From: a virus
Lineage: Duplodnaviria; Caudoviricetes
Length of the DNA: 37,122 nucleotides
Strand: one strand, 5' to 3'
IMG/VR virus record: IMGVR_UViG_3300005611_000086
Location: 1-37,122 of that record
Part shown: in pieces, positions 17,314 through 26,300 of the stretch
Position numbering within the stretch: position 1 is the stretch's first letter
How the letters are laid out: every line of letters begins with the position of its first letter
Position numbers and translations under genes: made by a program
The notes under the pieces: model-generated
The model's input: only the letters and a program-made list of their open reading frames with translations
Told to the model about the DNA's origin: nothing
The model's database searches: none

Positions 17314-17668
17314 GAGATATTTATCTGAGCATAAAATATCTCAGAGAGATATGGCGAGAGAGATCGGTATCAATGTTGCTACCATGTCTAAGATAGTCAG
17401 AGGTGAGAGAATGCCTCGCATAGATGTGGTGGAGCGCATTGAGATTGCCACCTTTGGAGATGTAGGGCCACGTCACTTCTATAAAAATCCAGACGTTTGG
17501 AGTGAGGTGTCAAAGTTAGAAGATGCTAAGTGGGCAAAGGAAAATATTGATAGGAAAAAAAGTGCAGAGTTAGAGGATGCAAGCTTTGAAGAAGATTTAA
17601 ATGATGATTTAATTCCGTTTCAAGAGTTGTCTTCTTGGGGTAAACTGAAACGGTTGTTTGGGGGTTAG
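17297..17668 (+). CDS. Cro/XRE-like HTH protein
   Basis: ISQRDMAREIGINVATMSKIVRGERMP...IEIATFGDV...F. Confidence 0.85.
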   Translation: MSTAIKRYLSEHKISQRDMAREIGINVATMSKIVRGERMPRIDVVERIEIATFGDVGPRHFYKNPDVWSEVSKLEDAKWAKENIDRKKSAELEDASFEEDLNDDLIPFQELSSWGKLKRLFGG

Positions 17669-17670
17669 CA

Positions 17671-18405
17671 ATGGCTAAGAAAACTGTATGGGAAACACTC
17701 AGAAGTATTGACGTATCTGAGTATACTAAAAAGAAAAACGGCATGACCTATCTATCATGGGCACATGCTTGGGGTGCATTGAAAGATGTTTATCCAGATG
17801 CAACATTTGAAAAGCATGTAGAGGAAGGTAATATCCCCTACATGATTGACGTTCATGGGTTTGCTTATGTGCGTGTGACTGTAACTGCCAGTGGAGAAAG
17901 TGCTACTGAACTTTTCCCCGTGCTTGATTACAAAAACTCGCCAATCAAAAACCCCAATGCCTTTCAGATCAACACTGCCCATCAACGCGCTATGACGAAG
18001 GCCATGGGCTATCTGGGTCTAGGTCATTACATCTATGCGGGTGAAGACTTGCCACCAGATGATGGCGCAGAGCCTCAGAAACCTGCCGTAGAGAGGGAAA
18101 AGGCTAAACCAGCAGATAAGCAAACCAAAAAAGAAACACCCACCTCACCGCCGCCCTCAGCAACTGAGGCGTCATCAGGTGACGTGAAGAAGAATGCGTC
18201 TGAGGAAAACTGGGATAAGACCAAGGATCTAATCGCTGAAGTTGTTAAGGCTTCATCGGATATAGAATGGTTGAATGGTGTGTATCGAAAGAACCTTGGT
18301 CCAATCAATCAACTCAAGGACAACAGTCCAAAGTTGTATGAAGAGTTAATGAATGACTTTTCAAAACGTAAATCTGAACTCAATTCAAAAGGAGATCAAT
18401 CATGA
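17671..18405 (+). CDS. Sak-type (Rad52-like, DUF1071) single-strand annealing protein
   Basis: TYLSWAHAW, PVLDYKN..I.NPNAFQINTAHQRAMTKA...GLGHYIYAGEDLP. Confidence 0.88.
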   Translation: MAKKTVWETLRSIDVSEYTKKKNGMTYLSWAHAWGALKDVYPDATFEKHVEEGNIPYMIDVHGFAYVRVTVTASGESATELFPVLDYKNSPIKNPNAFQINTAHQRAMTKAMGYLGLGHYIYAGEDLPPDDGAEPQKPAVEREKAKPADKQTKKETPTSPPPSATEASSGDVKKNASEENWDKTKDLIAEVVKASSDIEWLNGVYRKNLGPINQLKDNSPKLYEELMNDFSKRKSELNSKGDQS

Positions 18406-18698
18406 GTCAGTATCCACCACGCGGAGCGTTGTTTCAAAATCAAAACAAGCAGAAGGAAACTCAGCCAGATTACACTGGCAACCTTGAGATCCCCAACGAT
18501 GTTGCTCAGGATATCGTCGCTCAAATGAATGAAGGCATAGAGGCTCCAAAGATTGACCTCGCTGGCTGGAAGAAGGTTGGCAAGAGTGGTTTGGCTTTTG
18601 TGTCTTTACGTGGGAACTTAGAGCGCAATCGCAGGGATGGAGCTTCATCTTTCCAAGCGCCAAGCAATAATGTTTCCAATGATGAAATCCCGTTCTAG
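18402..18698 (+). CDS. Putative single-stranded DNA-binding protein (DUF736-like)
   Basis: GALF.N..K....PDYTG...AGWKK; acidic tail NDEIPF. Confidence 0.75.
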   Translation: MSQYPPRGALFQNQNKQKETQPDYTGNLEIPNDVAQDIVAQMNEGIEAPKIDLAGWKKVGKSGLAFVSLRGNLERNRRDGASSFQAPSNNVSNDEIPF

Positions 18699-18702
18699 TG
18701 CT

Positions 18703-18915
18703 ATGGCTAAGAATGATTTTCTCAAAAACTTTAAGGTCGGTGAAGATCTTTTAGACGCTCATGAAGCGGCAGCACTCCTGTCAATTCATGTAAAGACTTT
18801 CTACAAATGGACAAATGAAAAGAAAGATTTTCCTAGAGCCATTGAGTTTAGTCCACGCATGAAACGCTGGAGAAAATCTGAGATCACAACTTGGGTTGAG
18901 AGCTTAGGTGTATGA
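18703..18915 (+). CDS. AlpA/excisionase-like DNA-binding protein
   Basis: LLDAHEAAALLSIHVKTFYKW...FPRAI...RWRKSEITTW. Confidence 0.85.
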   Translation: MAKNDFLKNFKVGEDLLDAHEAAALLSIHVKTFYKWTNEKKDFPRAIEFSPRMKRWRKSEITTWVESLGV

Positions 18916-19346
18916 GTACAGGCGGTGAAATAGTACCGTATGAAACTCAGGCTGACTTCAGCAATGAGGAGCGTGTGGCTAAAATACTTGCTGAAAAATG
19001 GCGTTGTGAAATGCAGAGAAACAAACCTCTCTCTGCGTTTGACTACATCGCTCACAGAGGCGGTAAACCAACCGCCTTTGTGGAACTTAGAAGGCGATCA
19101 ATTAGCTTTCATAAGTACCCCACAGTCATAGTATCTATAACCAAATTCACATCAGCTAAAACACATACTGAGGTCACGGGATTGCCCTGTCTGTTTGTGT
19201 GTGAGTGGACTGATGAGATTGGTTACATAAACTTAGACTGTAAAAAAGATTTTGTTCTGTCCGGTGAGGGGTGGAACAGAAGAAATCCTTCACATGAAGT
19301 GGAGGTGATTGGTCACATCAAGACCAGTGATTTCATTCTATTGTAG
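18912..19346 (+). CDS. Putative PD-(D/E)XK nuclease
   Basis: E...FDY...FVELRRR...K motif (E-x-R in place of E-x-K). Confidence 0.65.
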   Translation: MSTGGEIVPYETQADFSNEERVAKILAEKWRCEMQRNKPLSAFDYIAHRGGKPTAFVELRRRSISFHKYPTVIVSITKFTSAKTHTEVTGLPCLFVCEWTDEIGYINLDCKKDFVLSGEGWNRRNPSHEVEVIGHIKTSDFILL

Positions 19347-19359
19347 AGTAGGAAATAAA

Positions 19360-20208
19360 ATGGACTATAGAAAAGCACCACGAAAGCCCAATATAAATTA
19401 TACGTTCACACTTATAACCCCGCCAAAGGCTAGGGAACTGTTGCAGCTTAATACAAAAAACAGGGCGATTAGCATGGAAAATGTAAGGCAGTATGCTGTT
19501 GACATGCTCAATGATGACTTTGATTACAATGGTCATACTGTTTGCATTTCAGATACAAATGTACTTCTTGATGGTCAGCAAAGATTAACTGCCTGTATAA
19601 ACAGTAACACTCCATTCTGGACCATGCTGATAACCAATATGGATGAGGCCACCATGGTTACCATTGATAGCGGCAGAAAGAGAACGTATTCTGACAGGCT
19701 GAAGATCAGGGGTTACACTGAGAGTGCATCGTTGGCTGGTGTATTATCTCATGTTGGCCTAATCGCTAGGAAAGATCCAAAGCATTACGGGTTCACTCCT
19801 TCTGAGCTAGACAAGGTTCTTGAATTACATCCTGACACTGAGGCCAGTGCGGTATTTGCAAAGGGGTCGTACTTGAGATGCGACACTGTGATAGGTGCGA
19901 TACATTACATCGCTCATCAAACTGGATATGGTTCACAAGGCGATGAGTTTGTAAGGACTTGGAGAGATGGTCAAATGAATTATGAGGACGATCCAATCGT
20001 ATTCATAAGGGAAAGATTAAACTCTGATGCCACCAAGATAAACAAAATGACAACCAAAACAAAGCAGCGGTTGATAATGTTGGCTTGGAATAAATTCAAA
20101 GACATGACCCCATTAAGGGCAGTTAAGCTTAAAGGATCCCACTATCAAATGGACGGTTGGACGCCTGAAGTTTGCGGGATATCTTCGCCAGAAAAAGAAC
20201 AAGATTAG
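19360..20208 (+). CDS. ParB-like N-terminal domain protein
   Basis: ITPPKARELL..NTKNR....V..YA.DM...NG.......LLDGQQRL.A...IDSGRKRT; start at ATG 19360 (RBS AGGA). Confidence 0.8.
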   Translation: MDYRKAPRKPNINYTFTLITPPKARELLQLNTKNRAISMENVRQYAVDMLNDDFDYNGHTVCISDTNVLLDGQQRLTACINSNTPFWTMLITNMDEATMVTIDSGRKRTYSDRLKIRGYTESASLAGVLSHVGLIARKDPKHYGFTPSELDKVLELHPDTEASAVFAKGSYLRCDTVIGAIHYIAHQTGYGSQGDEFVRTWRDGQMNYEDDPIVFIRERLNSDATKINKMTTKTKQRLIMLAWNKFKDMTPLRAVKLKGSHYQMDGWTPEVCGISSPEKEQD

Positions 20209-20285
20209 TTCTATTGCACTTATTAGTGAAGTGATCTATGGTTCCTTAACGCGAGGGGTTTGGTCACTTTACGTTGCTAGATATG

Positions 20286-20317
20286 AAACCCTCTCAGAGA
20301 GATCTGAGGGGGTTTTT
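20286..20317. terminator. Bidirectional intrinsic terminator between convergent operons
   Basis: AAACCCTCTCAG-AGAGAT-CTGAGGGGGTTTTT. Confidence 0.7.
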
Positions 20318-23300
20318 ATATTCCTTGAGCAATCAGTATTCCCTGACGGGTTATCAGCTTTCTTTGCTCAACCAGTTGCTTGACGATGCGATCCTTTTCA
20401 TCTTGCGGCAAACGTGAATCATTCACTGCCGTAATCTGCTGAGAGATCTTCCGTCTTGCTGATTCGATCTTCCTGATTTGTGGGGCAATCCTAAGCTCTG
20501 CCTCGAACCTAGATATGGCACTGTTGATGCGGTCCACGTCACCGCGCTCAGCCGCCTTCTTGTACTCAGCCGTTGCCCTGTTTACCTGATCACGAACCTC
20601 AATGTATTGAGACACGTCATCCCTGCTGGATACGCTGCGTAAAACCCTACGCATGAACGGGATCTCAGTGGCAATATCTTCTGCGGATTCTGCGGCAGCT
20701 ATTCTTGCTGGTGCTTCAGCGGTACGCTGCACAAACCTACCAGCGCCACCAGTGATGTAGTCGAACCAGAACTCCAAAGAGTTTGGTGACCAATCAATCC
20801 ACCCACTCAGCGTCTCAGTCCCACCTGTCAACTCATTAAGGGCCTGTGTTATGCCAACCGCCGTTGGAGAGGTGTTGTTCCAGTACAGGCTGCTTTGTGA
20901 TGCCACCTGATTTGGGAATGCCTTCTTAACAATATCTCTGCCAGAGAAGTCTGTGTTGGTTCCGTACAATGAGATGAAGGGATCAAACACAGTGGGTGCT
21001 GCGAAGTTCAAGAAGCTTTCAGTGCCACCCAGCGGGTTGAATATCTCAAGGGTTGTGCGCCCAATGGATGCTCCGATCTCTGATGGATCTGATCTACCTT
21101 GAGCCATCTTGGCAAAGTTGCGCCCGACATTGTGGAATGCGTTCATGCCGTATGGCATTGGTATAGAAACATATCCACGTCCAAAGGGGTCCATCACGTC
21201 TGGCAGCATGAACACCATGTTGTGTTCCAGAATGTAGTCTGGGATCTTGTCGTACTGCTTTACCCCATCCTCATCTTCGTCTGACATCATTGAGTTGATT
21301 ATGTCCTGCGTAAAGCCAACAGCTATAACGCCACCCATGATGTTGCGAACCTTCTTTGAGCGAGCCAGTGATCTCAACAGGAAGAAGCTGCCCTGCAAGG
21401 ACGCATTGTAGAACAGGTACAATGAGTTCAAGAATGCCTTGTTGTCACCACCCTTGCCAAAGTCTACGGTCACACTCCTTGCGGCCTGTGCTGCCCTCTC
21501 CTTAGTGACGCCACGACTAACCAAAGCGTCATAAGTGCTAACACGAATGGCGTTTTCCACCACAAGGTTTGAATTATCCATGAACTCTAAGAGCTTCCTA
21601 CCCTTGGCCTTCATCAACCCAAGCTTACCGCTTGCATCAGAGATGTCTGACAATGTGGATTGAAGATCAGATATCTGATCCTGTAATGTGGTCATTGGGT
21701 TGGCAGCACTCGCACCACCGTATGCTCTGAACTCCTTGTATTTCTTTGCCCAGTCAGAGGAATCATCCTTGTTTAGGATGGATCTCTTCAAGCCTTTTGC
21801 TGCCTTCAATACATTTCTAATCGTGTCTTTTCTCAGGCCATCCATTTCAAACTCACTGACCTGTATGCCAGCGGCTTGAACGTCACGAATAAAGTTGGAG
21901 ATAAAGAACTCTGGGTTCCAAGATGTGTTAATGTTTGACAGGTATCTGTTTACCTTAGCCAAACCTCTGGTGATTGTGGCAGCATTGCCAGCATCCCAAA
22001 TGTTTTCTCCATTGAATGCACCCGCAAGATTGTTGTCATAGAACTGAAGGACTTTTTCTTTTCCATCTTCTTTTACAATGGCGATTGATGGGTCATCACG
22101 ATAGGTTCTCGTTGGCTTGATGACAACCGCACCGTTCTGCATCACACGGGCTGATGGTGGTTGATCTAGGATCTCAGCATATCCAGACATGCCTTGAGGG
22201 TTTGATCTAATCAGATCGAGCATAGACTTACCAACCTTGTTACGCTCACCGCGAACAATAGAGTTTGTGTTTTGTAGGATGGTGCTTGCTAGGATATCTC
22301 TGCCGTATGATCTACGACCCAAGGCCCTTTGATCTTCTCTGCCCATAGCGCCATATCTGGATGGCTTGCCGCTGCCGTAGACGCCTTCTTGGTCAACTTC
22401 AAAGTGACCTTTGAGGGGCACATAGAAATCAAAGTTACTATCTTCCATGTCGCCTATGTTCATGTCACTTGACTGAAGACCAGCCGCAACGCGAACAGCG
22501 TTAGTGTCATCAACGATGGCACGAACAGCATCCTCAGCCTGACGCAAAGCTATTTTGTTTTGCGGATCAAGGCTATCAAACCAGTTGAGTATTGCATCAG
22601 CCTCTGCATCAGTCATGCCTGAGCCAGCATCATTGGTGGGGTCCACCGTTCTGATGTATGCGTTTCTCTCCTTAGCATGTTTTGCGTAGAGATAAGTATC
22701 TACGGCGGATAAAGCTTTTGACTTTGTTCCCTCAAACGTGAACTCAGCAAGGCCTTTACCACCACCAGAGTTAGCATTTGACAGTGCCTTTAACTGTTCA
22801 ACCTGCTGCTCTGTGATGTTCATGTTTTTGACAGCATCAGTGGCAGCTTTGTAAATTGTTTCCTTGCGCTCAGTAATCTTACTGCCAGCAATACCTTCAC
22901 TCAGTTGCTGCTTCAGATACGGGTCCATGCTGTCAGCGATCTTGTACTGAGGATTTATTTCCTTCAGTTCTTTGATCATTCTGCCAACAGGAATGAAGCT
23001 GTCCTGTGCTTTCTGAATAAATAGATCCGCTCTCTTCTGTGCCTTTGTCTTGTCGGTGAAGGGCACCAAGCGCAGAGCTTTACCAACCCAGTCAGCGATA
23101 TCAGTGTAGCGTGTCACACGATCCGCTTGCATCGCGTCGAGACCCGTGCCGCTTACAGTGTTCAGTGCGCTCAGTTTGATCTGGCTGTTGCGGATCTTCT
23201 TGCGATCCTTCTTGTCCATAACTGGGAAGAATGTCTTAACGTAATACGGACCCTTTCCGCTGTTACGCTTGCCACGCTCAAGGACAAGGCGCAGGGGTGG

Positions 23301-26300
23301 GCTTTTAGCCATACGGTTATCGAACCACTCCAAAACCAAGTTGCCTCCTGACGGGTACGCTACAACGCTCTCACCGTCCTGATAGCCTTGGCTCTTCCAT
23401 CTGTGCAGTGTGTCGTAGATGGCTTTCTCTACTCGCTTGTATCCTGAGTTCTCTATAAGCTCCTTGTCGTGCAGCCTTTGCTGTATGTGATAGAGGCCAC
23501 CACCATTATCAAACTGGTCATTGCTTCCTTCAGTAAGAAGGACAGGGATAACCTCACCATCAGTCTCCTGTATGCCGCCATATATAATGTCAGTCAGAGT
23601 TCCAGTTCGTTTGACTGGAGTTCTGATTGCTTTGTATGGATCAATAGGTATTTGAGAAAGCTTTTGTGGTGGAAGTTCATTTGAACTTTCTACACCTTCC
23701 ATCGTTGACAGATCTACGTCTGCCTCTGTGATGAATGGCGCTGCCTCTAGTGCTAGTTTTCTAGGGGCGAAGAAGTCTCCCTCTGCAATCGTTGGCTTAA
23801 CCGCATCAACGCTTCCGCTACCTGATCCATCTCCTTCTCGTTGAGAGATGACACCAGCGAGTCTTCCTCGCTCTGCTGCGGGGAGTGAATTTTTGATTTT
23901 GTCATCGCCTATACCTTTGTTTTTCAGGATGTTCAGGGCACCGTCAGCGTAATCGTTGTCATCACCACGGCCCTTACGGACACCACCAGCTTCAAACAAA
24001 CGCTTCTCAGCATACCACATAAGGGCTTGGAAGTCAGCATTAGTTATATCAACACCAGCTTCATCCTTGAGGATCTGCCTTGCACGGTTGGCAACCTCAC
24101 GCATTGCAGTCCTGTCCTGTGCGCTGCGAGGATCTTCTTGTAGTGTTGGGATCAGCTTCTTCTGATATGTTTCAGCGGCCCTCAGAAAGTCTGTCTTTGA
24201 CGGACGTGATGCAGCAGCAAGTTCCTTTACTGTTGCGGCGTCTCGACCAACAGGAGTTTTACTCTTGTTAAGACTGAACTCATACTGTCCAGATGTAAGT
24301 AAATCCTCAACAGTATCTTTGTATGCCTTGGTGTAATAATCTTTATTCCAGATCTTACCAATCACAGGAGCTATCAGAGGTATGTCTGTCTTATCCATTG
24401 TGGATATGTTCAGTTTTCTTTGAGCTTCAAACAGAATGTTTCTATCCATGTCTGTCAGGGGCTGGTCTACTTCAGTAATAAAGTTCCAAACCTTATCAAG
24501 GTTCTGCTCTATCAGCTCGTCTGCATATTTTACTGTGGGGTTACCAGTGATGCGGTTGGCAAAGCGCATCCACCACCTGTCCATGGTTAGAGGATCGTAA
24601 TTACCTCTAAGGTTTTGGTAGAAGCCGTTGCCAATCTTTGGACCTAGTATATACGCCACAGACACCATTGTATCTGCCTCTTCAGCCCCACTTGCTTGGA
24701 ACTCTTTGGGCAAATCTTTAACTCTATTAGCCCCAAGGACATTGAGCATTGTTGTGTTAAGGTCTTTCTTTGGCATCTGCATGGTTAGCAAAGCCTCAAT
24801 GTCATTTGATGACATGCCCTTACGGCTCAGTGTATTCCAGAACTCAAAGGCAGATAGCATAGACCCACCTTGAGCGCCTGATCCTTTAACGGGGAAGGTG
24901 CCATCATCACTAGCCTTCCAAGCGTCATACTGCTCAGATGCAAACCTGTAGTTGTCTATAACTGACAAACCGTTTGACGTGATGGCAGTTGCAAAATCAA
25001 AGGCATGTTCTGCTGCTGGATCATACTCAGAGTTTGGAGAACCGTCAGGCCTCTCCGGTGAGACCTCTGGATATACAGGAAATAAAATACGCTTAGCCAG
25101 CTTGAGTGTGGAGTCATACCAACCAAGAGCATCACTGCCAGATATCAATGCTGCCTCAGCTTCAGCCGCCATGATCCTTGCTGCGTCTTGCTTGTCACGC
25201 TCTGAATTTATTATGTCCAAAGGCGGTACGTTACGCAGGCCAAGAAGTTTCTCAGCAAAGCTAACTAATGTCTCTGAGCCTTCTTTCTTTTTAAATTGAG
25301 GCTGTCCTGTTTTTGGATTAAGGTAATCAAGTATACTCGCATCACGTTGGGCTGGTGTCAGTGGCACCATTGATCTCTTAATGCCAAGAGCCTCAGTGTC
25401 TATGTCACCAAAGGTTGACTCTATCTGATCTGATATGATAGATGTCTCAGTAGAAGGAGTTATGTCAATGGCAGAAGAAGCTTTTGCTCTAGTGGAAGAC
25501 GGAACTTCCCGTGCAGTAATATTTAAATCAGACGGTACATCATCAGTGCGAACACTGGATGGATCTATCAAGCCAGTGGGCACTTTGGTTGGAGAAGAGA
25601 TACCAACCGCAGATGATCTACGGGCATTCCGCGCAGCTTCCAGCATGGAACTCTCTGCGCTTCTCCAAGAAGACTCAGCCTCCTGACGGGAGATACCTGT
25701 CCGATCTAGGGCAGCTTGGAAAGCAGCATCATAATTACGATAGCTCTTTGCGATAGATGCAAAGTATTCTGCCTGTTGATCCTGTAGTTCCTGTTGAGTT
25801 TTATTTCTCCACTCTTCAAAGATCAGGTGGCCCCGTGCTTTCTTCTCTACCTCAAGCTCTCTTAGTGGCAGATACCACTCAACCAACTGACCGTTAGGCA
25901 TACGGATATCAAACGCAATGATGCGCCATCCCCATTCCTTTGGCTCAAACAATTTGTTTGTGTCGATCTTAACTAGGCTTATGCCTTCCTTGAGAAGCTC
26001 ATCGAAGATAGCTGGAACGTCTCTGAAGTCATCAATAACAGTCTTGAACCTGTAAGAATCACGGATGTGTGATGCGTCATGCCAAGGCTTGTTCGCTAAG
26101 ATGGATGGTCTGCTCGCCTTCTGAGTTACCTTTGACAGGTCTTTGATGTTATCACCTGACTTGGTGCCAAACTTCTCATCAATCCTTTTGATAAGACGTT
26201 TAACAAGAGGCACATTCTCTTTCGTTAGCTTTTCTATCTCTGCCCGTATCTGATCATTGGGGGCATTGGTGTTGATAGGCATCCTGATATTCTCAGGCGC

